Shown here piece by piece: positions 25,103-36,396 of a DNA stretch of 64,000 nucleotides. The DNA lies in assembly GCF_006345805.1 (NCBI RefSeq), contig NC_043002.1, positions 106,206,001-106,270,000 on the forward strand, given 5' to 3'. The DNA comes from Octopus sinensis (taxonomy: Eukaryota). The notes under the pieces are model-generated. The model saw only the letters and a program-made list of their open reading frames with translations. It was not told the DNA's origin and searched no databases. Both the position numbers and the translations under genes were made by a program. The stretch's first letter is position 1; the number at the start of each line of letters is the position of its first letter.

Positions 25103-25978
25103 CAGGGTGCGGTGAATAAACTGTCATCTAAATTACGCCAAAATGAAAATAACACTGATAACTCATTTTAACAGATATATTTACCAAAATTACATAAAAA
25201 TATCTTGAAATACTAAAGATTAAACTTATTCAATAAAATCGCCATTGGCTTCAACCACAGCCTCCAGACGACTTCAGAATTTCCTGCAATTCTTCTGAAT
25301 GGTTTCCTTGTTTAAGTTGGTGAATGCTGCCATAATCCTTGCTTTCAGTTTATCTTTGGTGTTACAAGAAGTTTTGTTGGTTTCTCGCTCAACTGTGCAT
25401 CACACATAATAATCAAGAGGGTTGCGGTCAGGAGAGTTAGGTTGTCAGATGTTAGGGGTGATGTGGTCGCAGAAATTGTCTGACAGCCATGACTGGGTTC
25501 TCCTAATTGTGTGTCATAGTGCAAAGTCCTGTTGCTAGACATAGGGTCTTCCAGTAGCCACCTTCTTCACCCAGGACAGCTCTACTTCCTCTAGGCATTT
25601 AATGTAGATCTCCATGTTGAGTCTGAGGCCATGCGGGAAGATGAATGAAGGCATAATGTTGCCATCACTAGTGATCACTCCAAACACCATGATGTTCACT
25701 GGATGTTTGATTTTTATCACTCTCAGTACATGTCCTCAGATTGTTCTGTTTGCAGATTGACACCTAAGCACTCTGAAATGTTCATTGGAGCTTCCGGCGT
25801 AAACACCAAGTAGTACAGCATGTCGTTTCCAAATTTCTAGCAGAATGAATTGCGTCATGGTGCTGTTTTTCTCACAGACGGTGCCCATCTAACCCTACTA
25901 TATGTATAGTCGACAAAAACAATGTACATGCGCGAAATTAAAAATATAAAATGATGACAATTTACCCATCGCACCCTG
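25103..25978 (-). mobile_element. Internally deleted mariner-superfamily maT (DD37D) transposon
   Basis: TIRs CAGGGTGCG..AAA.TGTCATC with TA TSD. Transposase remnant VFGVITSDG...QQD-x37-D (NSPDRNPLDY) with in-frame stops. Confidence 0.85.
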
Positions 25979-25979
25979 T

Positions 25980-25989
<10 letters not shown>

Positions 25990-26021
<32 letters not shown>

Positions 26022-26810
26022 TATATATATATAATAAATTAATAAATAAAACATATGCATATATACATACATATATGTACGTACCTACCTCTACATGTAT
26101 ATATACACGCATATATGGGTACAGGACACCAAAAAAACGTCGAACACAATGAGAAACGAAAACACAAACACAAAACCAAGGAACTGGACATTTTTCTTAA
26201 AAAAAAATAGTGTACAGGACAAATAACACAAGGAAAATTCCCCTTCTTCAGTCGCCATGGTTTCATCTACTCTGCGTTTCGAAGGTGAAGGCGATACGCA
26301 TCTTCGATAGAAACTTTCCTTCCCGCGAAAAGCAAATTAAATAAAATTTGAGATCTTTTTGCGGAGGGGTAAAAATGGTAACAAAAACAGGACAGTAACG
26401 ACAGTACAAAATATAAACAGTAAAAGACAGGACAAGGAGAATAACAAGACAAGAAGGGCTGTTAAGCCGAACGAGAAAAAGTATTTCGAACGCTATTTTT
26501 GAGAACGGCGAAGGAGCAACAGAAAATGCCGTCCACACTTCAAGGAAGTCAGGCCAGAAAGACAGTAGCAGAGCTCTCGTCGCGGGTCAACGACGGGAAG
26601 GAGGAGGAGGAGGAGCAAGAGAAAGGGAGAGAAAAAAAGGGAATGTTTGTGAGGAAACCAGAAAGAATGAAGAATGAGAGAGAGGGAGAGACAGTAAGGT
26701 AGAAGAAAAGGAAACCAGAAAGAATGAAGGCTGAGAAAGGGAGGGGACAGAAAGGTCATACATATATATATATATATACGTACATACATATGCATGTATA
26801 TATATATATA
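25990..26810. mobile_element. PLE pLTR-like repeat; homologous block at 55960-56210
   Basis: atgggtacaggacaccaaaaaaacgtcgaacacaatgag... is present twice in the window. Degenerate GAAGA...CGAAAC motif at 26270-26310 (-). Confidence 0.45.
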
Positions 26811-26829
26811 TATATATATATTTCTCTTT

Positions 26830-27715
26830 TTCCCGTCTGTCTTGATAGACAATGGGTCGCGCCAAGGGTGGGGCCTACTTTGATGATGAGCAGCGTCTGC
26901 TGTGACTGAACAGTCCAATTCTAGAGTGGCAGTCCCTGGTACAGTTGCTGCACACGAACATCGATGGGTACGTGTGGGGTGTTGCTGCAGTTGTCCTCCT
27001 CCTGTCCCGCCTGTCCGACCACAGCTGTGCTCTCCTTTCCTCAGCCATGGAAACGCCTTTCCTCACTGTCCGACGCCAGGCAGAGCGGTCAGCAGCTGTT
27101 ACCTCCCACGTGTCCACACAGATGTTGGCAGTCCTCAGGTCGCGCTTGCACACATCTCTGTATCGTAGCTGTGGACGTCCCTTGGGTCGGGATCCCGTGG
27201 TGAGTTCGCTGTACAGGATGTCTTTAGGAATGCGACCGTCCTGCATGCGGCAGACGTGTCCGAGCCAGCGCAGTCGTCTCCGCACGAGGAGGGCATGCAT
27301 GCTTGGCATATTAGTCTGTTCTAGGATGACTCCGTTTGGTACTCGGTCCTTCCAGGAGATACCAAGGATCCGTCGAAGACACCGCATGTGGAAGCCGCTG
27401 AGGCGGCATTCTTGCCGGGTGTATGTTGTCCATCTCTCGCTGCCGTAGAGTAGGGTGCTCAGCACGCAGGCTCGGTACACTGCGATCTTGGTGGTTATTG
27501 TGAGCATGTTGTTTTCCCACACTCTCCTGGAGAGCTTAGCCATGGCAGCAGCAGCCTTCCCAATCCGTCTGTTCAGCTCCGGCTCGAGGGACAGGCTGCT
27601 GGAGACCGTCGATCCCAGGTAAGTGAACTCGTTCACCACCTGCAAGCTGTGGTCGCCGACACTGATGCTGGGGACCCCTCCGACGTCCTGGCCCATGATC
27701 TCTGTCTTTTTCAGG
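26830..27715 (-). mobile_element. 5'-truncated RTE/BovB-like LINE, different family from the 6-8 kb RTE
   Basis: Uninterrupted 273-aa ORF: FTYLGS, RIGKAAAAM, STLLYGSE.W, RRLRWLGHV.RM.DGRIPKDILY, C-terminal CSNC...SHSRRC. Confidence 0.9.
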
Positions 27716-27719
27716 CCGA

Positions 27720-28040
27720 AATATATCTATTTATAAGAGAATTTTTTTGCGTAATAAAATAAAAACCCAAGGCTGTGTAGATATTAGAGCATTTATAGAT
27801 AGATGTCTTTACAGCTGTTTCTAGGATATTTATTAATAATATCCCTTCATCGGAGACGGCGTGAGAGGATAGTTAAGTCATAGTTAGTTTAGATGTGATA
27901 CAAAATAGAGAATGAGGTGGAGGAAAGAAAATAGATGTGGGATATGTATGGATATTGAAGTTGTAAATCCATTTTTTAGGCATAATGGTATATATGCAAT
28001 ATTCCAATATCCTATGAGTAAAGTCCAAGAATGACTAAGT
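27720..28040 (-). mobile_element. PLE fragment with hammerhead relic (27805-27858)
   Basis: CCGAUGA-AGGGAUAUU..AAUAUCCUA-GAAAC-AGCU-GUA (U4->C). Confidence 0.5.
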
Positions 28041-28044
28041 TTAT

Positions 28045-28146
28045 GTGGCACCTTGGGCAAGTGTTTTCTACTATAGCCTTGGGCCGACCAAAGCCTTGTA
28101 AGTGCATTTGGTAGACGGAAACTGAATGAAGCCCGTCGTATATATA

Positions 28147-28184
<38 letters not shown>

Positions 28185-28375
28185 ATATATGTATGTATGT
28201 ATGTATTTGTATATCTGTGTTTGTCCCCTCACGATCGCTTGACAACCGATGTTGCTGTGTTTACGTCCCTGGAACTTAGCGATTCGACAAAAGAGACCGA
28301 TAGAATAAGTACTAGGCTTACAAAGAATAGTCCTGGGGTCGATTTGCTCGACTAAAGGCGGTGCTGCAGCATGGG
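28045..28375 (+). mobile_element. tRNA-like SINE family 1, 5'-truncated
   Basis: ggcaccttgggcaagtg...gaagcccgtcg-(TA)n-tgtttgtccc...ggcggtgctgcagcatgg. Confidence 0.85.
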
Positions 28376-28764
28376 CGCAGCCAAACGTGTGTGTCTAAAT
28401 ATTGCGACCAACTCTAAATGTATTTATAAACTTGACAGTCGAATTATTTTTCTTTGGAGTTGTAATGTTCGAAAGTCCATCTCCGTTTCTAAATCTCCAA
28501 GATGTCATCACTCTGAATCTAAAACGGTTGGTACTGGTGTTGTTCAGAAAGACTTTCCACTTCTACAGCAATGCGATAGACGTTTTCTTTCTATCACATT
28601 ATCGCCGTAGTTTGAATATTTCACCGTCAACTGTTTTCCTTCAACAAGAATTTCATTTTGCGTCTATAACGAGTGTAGGTTACCTGTGTGTTCATTTTAG
28701 CATTTTGTTGTAGTTTTAATATTGATTCCTTCACCAGTCGTTTAATTTTGTGAGTATCAGGCGC

Positions 28765-28923
28765 AGTAGTGGCTCTGTGGTAAGAAGTTTGCTTTCCAAC
28801 CACATGGTTGCTTACCAACCACTGCATGGCACTTTCGGCAAGTGTCTTCTACTATAGCCTTGGGCCGACCAAAGCCTTGTGAGTGGATTTGGTAGCCGGA
28901 AATTAATAGAAGCCCGTCGCATG

Positions 28924-28925
<2 letters not shown>
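28765..28925 (+). mobile_element. SINE family 1 head
   Basis: ggcgcagtagtggctctgtggtaag...gaagcccgtcg. Confidence 0.8.
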
Positions 28926-28964
<39 letters not shown>

Positions 28965-28966
<2 letters not shown>

Positions 28967-29321
28967 GTAATAGAAGAGAATATAATTCCAAACTTACACG
29001 GAAAAATTCAATTTAGCAATTCTAAATCAAATTTCACAATTTATAATAAATGTATATAATTTAGAGAAAAACCTCTATTAAAAAATTCAATGATGAAGGA
29101 TGTTATTAACACCATATAGAAAACAAATACTATAAAAAAAACTTATTGTAAAAATAAAGTACAAAAACAATAAATAGTAAATAGTAGTAAAAAGACTACG
29201 CGCGTTTCATGGATATATTTTCAAATAGATAATAATAATAAAATCAATTCGATTTAAAATTAAATCGATCTAAAATTAATTCGATTTAAAAATATAGTCA
29301 CTCACCAGGTCTAAAATAATA

Positions 29322-29352
<31 letters not shown>

Positions 29353-29676
29353 TGATAATAATAATAATAATAATAAAATAATAATAATATAATAATAATA
29401 ATAATACATATTTCTATCTGTTTCTTCTATAAATTCAAGTTACGCCATATTTTCACGTGATATATTTCTTATAAACGCTAATTTCTACGTTTTACGTTTA
29501 AATTTTTAGTTAACGAATATCTTTCGATAAGATAAGTTATATTTTTATTTTAAGAAATATTGTTAAATGTTTTTCGATTATTTATAGTTAATACACGTAT
29601 TTTTTTACATATATTTATTTGATAATCAGCATAAGTTAAGATAAATACATTTATTCTATTATTATTATTATTATTA

Positions 29677-29708
<32 letters not shown>

Positions 29709-29821
29709 TATTATTATTATTATTCAGTAGTTTTATTTTTATAGCGTGCTCTCACTTCACTACCTGGCACACAGAGCTGTGCTCGGTAGTGAAGTGAAAG
29801 CACGCTATAAAAATAAAACTA

Positions 29822-29867
<46 letters not shown>

Positions 29868-32240
29868 TAATAATAATAATAATAATAATAATGATAATAA
29901 TAATAATAGAATAAATGTATTTATCTTAACTTATGCTGATTATCAAATAAATATATGTAAAAAAATACGTGTATTAACTATAAATAATCGAAAAACATTT
30001 AACAATATTTCTTAAAATAAAAATATAACTTATCTTATCGAAAGATATTCGTTAACTAAAAATTTAAACGTAAAACGTAGAAATTAGCGTTTATAAGAAA
30101 TATATCACGTGAAAATATGGCGTAACTTGAATTTATAGAAGAAACAGATAGAAATATGTATTTAAGCTATTAAAATTAAAATTACAAATGTATTTTAGCT
30201 GTAAGAATAAGGAGAAAAAATTAACTTTAATATACCACTAACTGGAAAAATTGTAAAGTCTAAATAATTTAAATACTAAATACGTAAAATACATAATATA
30301 ATAAACATAAATTAAGCTAAAATTCTATAATTTAATCTATTTTCATTAATTAATTTATTTATTTTGTTAAATATCTAATTTTCAACTTATTCTAATTATG
30401 TAATACAGACTATATAATCCCGTGCTAATTTATACACATTTTACTACTACAAATTATAACTACAACAATTAATAACATAAAGCAGGGTTTATATATATAT
30501 ATATACACAAATTAGCTAAACTTATTATATAAGTAATTTAATAAGTGAATTAACCAAATTTTTGTTATTAGTTAATAATGTCTCCATAAATTCGTTAGTA
30601 CATAATAAACAAAAATTACTACCTATTCAATATGATTTTTCCTTACATTGTACTTAATATTTTTAGATTTTAGTTCCCATGTATATTTACTATGGCCAGT
30701 AGAATTAATTAAATTTCTACTCTTAAAAGAATTCATGTGTTGAGCCACCCTTAATTTAATTTTATTAGAAGTCGACCCTATGTAAATCGCATTTAAATTA
30801 TAACCATTCCTATCATTATCATCAAAGTCACTACACATTTATATAGTACATGATCGAAATTACATTTATTATTATTGTTACATTTAGTTTTATCTCTTCA
30901 TGTCCAATTAATTATATTCTGGTCTTTATTATTATTATTATTATTGGAATAATTATTTGATTTGTTTTTGTAAAACTTATACAGCTTAAATTTATTAAAA
31001 GAAGAAATAATGTTTCCAACATTAGTAGTTGAATAACCAACTCCAAAATTATTATTAGAAAACGTGTTATGATTTTTTTATCTCTAATGCATATTTCAAT
31101 TATATTTAAAATCTCTTTAATAATGTTTGTTTTAACTTGAGCTCCCTAAGGAATAATTAACCAATTTTGTTCTGATTATTAATATTATCATATTTATTTT
31201 TTATATTATTAAATTTATTATTATCATTAAATGAATTGAATTTAATCTTATTTTTAGTCTATTATCATATTTATGCTTTGTATTATCATAATACATATTA
31301 TTAATACCATAATTACCTAAATAAAACGTATCATAATTCTTAATGTTAGGTTTATTATAAAAACTATGGAAACATTTATATTAAAATTTTTTATATTATA
31401 ATCATATTTAGAATCATTAAAGAATTTAATATTACTATCATATCTCGCCTCCTGCAGGGCTTCATTATAATAAGGTGCGTGTTTTTGGAAAATCTCAAAA
31501 TTAGAAGAAAGCAACGATATTCTTTTACCTATATTATCTGTCAACGATTTCTTAATTGAGGGTGGATGATTACTATTAACATTAACATATCTAAGGTTTT
31601 CATTAATTTTATGGAATGGTTGGATTTTACCTGTTATTAAATTAAAATTAGCATCTAAATAATTAACATTATAGTTCTCATTATATATATAGTAATACTT
31701 AATCCATATCTTTAAAAAATCTATATAGTTTCTTCTTATATAATTCTAGTGTTCTATTGGTGCAATTCTTAGTTATTAATAAAAGGTCATCCCTATATAA
31801 ACCACCCTCTAACTTTAATTTTTCTAATTGAACTTCCGATAATAAATAAATACCTACTAAATCTGTTGCCTGTGCAGAATCGGGTGCTCCCATAGGAATA
31901 TCAAAATAATTACTAGTATCCTTCCTAGCCCACAATTTATTATTATATCTAATCAGCGATTTCCTAGCCGTTCTAGCATTAACTTCAGCATAAGTCATTC
32001 CTACCTTATTCATTATCTATTTATTCTATAAATTCTATTTACGCCATATTTTCACGCGATATATTTCTTATAAACGCTAAGTTCTACGTAGTACGTTTAA
32101 ATTTTTTGTTAACTGAAATCCTTCGATAAGATAAGTTATGTTTTTATTTTAAGAAATATTGTTAAATGTTTTTCGATTATTTATAGTTAATACACGTATT
32201 TTTTTATATATATTTATTTGATAATCGATTATTGATAGTT
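28965..32240 (-). mobile_element. 5'-truncated Penelope-like element: inverted 5' pLTR piece, RT, GIY-YIG, 3' pLTR with hammerhead
   Basis: RT FDIPMGAPDSAQATDLVGIYLL...GGLYRDDLL (31699-32013). Thumb region 31317-31544. YIGSTSNKIKLRVAQH (30623-30838). HHR at 29193-29312. 32030-32240 is an antisense copy of the 3' UTR. Confidence 0.85.
29193..29312 (-). ncRNA. Type I hammerhead, core mutated to CUGGUGA
   Basis: AGAC-CUGGUGA-GUGACUAUAUUUUU...AAAAAUAUAUCCAU-GAAAC-GCGC-GUA-GUCU. Stem I is perfect. Confidence 0.6.
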
Positions 32241-32260
32241 AATACACGTATTTTTATATA

Positions 32261-32767
<507 letters not shown>

Positions 32768-32799
32768 TTGATAATGGGACTACGAAATATAAAGGGAAA

Positions 32800-33230
32800 T
32801 AAGAGACTAAAAGTAAAAATTAAAATATATGTAGGATGTTATAGTTGCAGTTCCATTATCCAAGGAATGTGGTGTGTAGAAGTGGTAGGAATGCTTCCTG
32901 TCCATGGTATGTAAATTCCGATAGGAGTTCATATTTTGCCATTACAAATGGAAAGTGTGGAGACGTAGATTCCATGTGCTGTTCGTTCAAAGGGGTCTTG
33001 TGGTGTGAATGAAATCTTGAGAATGTAGTGGTAGTATTAAGTAGGTAGAGAGGAGAGAAAAGATGTGCATGTTAAAATGATGAGAATGGTCGAAAGCCCA
33101 TGGAGTCTTGCCTGTGGGTTCTCATGGTCTTCAAGTAAGTTTTGATTGGAAGTTGATGGGATTTGCATATCTCTATATATAGTTTTCTTATCAAAGGATG
33201 TCGTGACAGTGAGAAGGTATGATTAGTGAT
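32800..33230 (-). mobile_element. Possible degenerate GIY-YIG region of another PLE
   Basis: Fragmentary IYVSTLSICNGKI and WIMELQL.HP resemble PLE endonuclease motifs. Contains stops and frameshifts. Confidence 0.3.
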
Positions 33231-34307
33231 GGGGAAGGAAGAAAGAAAGAAAGAGGAAAAAGGAAAGAGAGTTGAAGAAATAAAAGGAAAGAAAGGGGGA
33301 AAAGAGTAAAAGAAAGGAAAGTGGGAAATGGAAGAAGAAAAAAATACGAAAGGAGAGTAAAAAAACAAAAGAAAAAATAGGAAAAGAAAAGAGAAAAGGG
33401 AGAGGGAGAAAGATAATAAGAGGAAGAAGATGAAATGACCAGGAGAGAATGAAATTGGAAATTGGAATGGTCAATGGGAAAATCAATAGAAAAGTAACAT
33501 TTAAAGACATAAATAGTTGAATGAATAAATAAATAGATAATGACATGAGAGCTAAAATGAATGAATAACAGAATGGGAATGGACAAAATATGAGTATGTA
33601 GCAGTGTAGTTAACAAAATATAGAAGAAAATAAGCGCTGAGCAGTGAGGTGTCTAAATACAAACTTGTTACCAGTTCAAATATGCTTGAGGCATATTCAA
33701 ACCTGTAAAAACACTATTCACTGTATTTAAACTGGTATCAACTTTATATTTAGACACATCATTGCTTAGCGCTTTCATTCCGTATTTTATTTACGATGAA
33801 TCGCCGATTAGCGCAACCAGTCACGTACGATGACAGAAATATAATAAGAGCGACCTGTCTCTCTTGTCAGTTCACAGCGTCTGCCTTTTCGATTCTGGTG
33901 TTGAAGAGGAGATAACCACTCCGAAGTACATGCATTCACCAGTCTGATTGGGCTACTCTACCAATTGACTTGGTATGTTTACATATACCTATCTCGCTAC
34001 AGAGAGAAAGTTTTTCCGTGATACAATATTGTGAATGGTTTTCTAACGGGTTCAAATATGTCTGAAGCAGGTTTGAATTCGTAAGAAGTTTGAAAATATA
34101 GAATAATATAAAAAAACATTTAAGGAATAAATGATGATTGAGAGAGGTATTCATAAAATGCGGAAAGTTACTGAAAAACATGACAATTAGAATTATAGGA
34201 AAAGAAATCATAGCAACAGGGGACTGCTTTGGTGGGGGTGGTTAGTAATTGAAAAAGGGAACAACTGAAGTCATAATTATAAATAAAATTAAATAGAAAT
34301 AAAGATA

Positions 34308-34345
34308 GGCGCAGGAGTGGCTGTGTGGTAAGTAGCTTGCTAACC
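34308..34345 (+). mobile_element. 5' part of a SINE family 1 copy split by the Tx1 LINE (3' part 39818-40213)
   Basis: ggcgcaggagtggctgtgtggtaagtagcttgctaacc continues after the LINE as agccacatggttccgggttcagtccc. Confidence 0.9.
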
Positions 34346-35010
34346 TCCGACGTGTTCGGATGTTTTTTTTTTGCGGTGAGTCACACGGATAATTTTTCTG
34401 CTGTTTATTGTTGAATATTTTTGTGAACTTTTGTGCTTTCTTCCCGGTGACGGGAAAAAGTAATTGTTGTAAGACAAAAAAAAATAATTAATATTGAATT
34501 ATTAATATTGTTGAACTTGTTAAAGCCGTTGTAGGCTTTATTGTTGTGCCCCCCACCCCCCGGCGGGCGGGGCAATTTAACTGTTATCCTTATTAAGAGG
34601 AAAAATAAATATTATAGGCTTCCCGTGTTTGGGATAGCAAATTGTTATTGTGGAAAAATTTAATTTTAGCTATTGTAGGCTCTATTGTGACATCCACCCG
34701 TAGCACGGGAGAGATTTGAACTGTTTTGGAAAAAATATAGGTTTCCCTTTTTGGGAATTTCGTTGTGGTGGAAAATAATTTCAAATCGTCGTAGACTTTG
34801 TTGCTACGTCTCACCCCCCAGCGGGGGTGGGATTTGAACCTAGGACTGCGAGCATTAAAAAAATTAATTACTTTTGTCCTCTGTGAGAGGAAAATTTCTT
34901 TTTTCGAAAGGTCTCCCAGTTTTGTGGGAAACCAATTACTTTTCAACCATGTCGGTTGAAATAATACATGAAAAATCTGCTCTTGAAGAGAGCAATGTTG
35001 ATGTTGGCAA

Positions 35011-35742
35011 TTGCGCCAACGCTGTAAAAAAGTTTTCGGCAGTTGCAGAAGTAGAACCGAAAACATAGATATCTCTGCAGACATGCTGCAGGGATATTTT
35101 AAAAGAATGAAGGAGGAGGGAGGTGATGTTGTGATATCGCCCTCCTCCACCGTGCTAGAAACGGAAAAGAGGACCGTGGTGTTTAAAACCTTCTGCCCAC
35201 AAGACAAAAGGTTTAAGCACTTCGGGAAGGAAACCATTGAAAAATGCCTGGCCCCGATATGGAGGGATATAGTGCATATCTCGAGGGGACGGGCGTACGG
35301 ATCCGTCGAGGTTCAATTCTCAGAGGAAAAGGTGGCTCGCGGGCACGCCGTGTGCCCCCTGAAGACCACGGAAGTGGTACTTTTGCCAACGTACAGGGGG
35401 CGACGAACATCCTGTGTAAGGATTAACGAAATCCCACCCACAGTAGACCCGAAAGAAGTGGTGGCCGGCCTGTTGTTCAACAGGACCGACCGGATAAACA
35501 TATTACAGACCACAAGTTCCGCCCCACAGATGTGGTTAGGGCGGAACATAACGGTTTTAATACAAGGCAAACAGGAGGACATTCAGGCCCTACCAGAGAG
35601 AGTACTCGTTAGGGAGAATGTGGCCCTTAGGGAACAGGTGGAAGGCCGTAAGCCCACCTGTTACCAATGCGGAAAAAAGGGCCACATTCGAGCTGACTGT
35701 GAAGAAAAAAAAGTTGTTGCAAACACCAGGCCCCTCAAATAA
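35011..35742 (+). pseudogene. Tx1 ORF1 (gag-like, zinc knuckle)
   Basis: CYQCGKKGHIRADC. The low-complexity C-terminus continues in other frames to ~36370. Confidence 0.8.
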
Positions 35743-36396
35743 CAAAAAGAAACCGCCCCGCAAACACACCAACCCCCACAAACACAAAAACTCCCACCCC
35801 CGTTGTTGAGGTGCTAGACCCCAAACAAAGCACAGAAAAATCCAGCCCCGGCACGCACAAGTCTCTACATAAACAAAATGACCCAACCCTCTTGGAAGAC
35901 CCGGCACCAACGGAAAACACTGCGCCGAAAGAAACTGCCTTTAACCCCTCAGATAACACCACGGAGGTTTCAGAGAGTGGATTCACACTAGTGGGAAAGA
36001 AACGTTCCCGTAGACCTTCCCCACCCATATCCTCCACACAAAACAGAAAAAACGCACCACAGACACCAAAAAAGAAACCCTGCCCATCTGTCCCGGAAGA
36101 AAACAAAAATGTTATGTTGGTGGAATACGATACAACAGACACGTATACAAGTGACGCCATTTTAAAGCACAAAAGACTATGCTGTACATCCAACACCATG
36201 ATTTGAAGAACAGATGTGCAAGGGTAGAAGAATCCCTATACCGGGAACTAAAGGACAGAAACCAGATGGCCATATGGAAGATTGTTGATTTACCGGGTTA
36301 CGCGAAGAGAGAGGAGAAGAAGGGGACGGATCCACGTGTGGTGAGGTCAGCCCCCACATCTCCAAAGAAATGTAAGTAGAACCTTTACTTTTTGTA

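Noticed and set aside
34812-34850. Antisense B-box-like GGTTCAAATCC in the Tx1 5' UTR
   Set aside because: The T-stem pairs poorly and there is no A-box. An 11-mer match is not enough.
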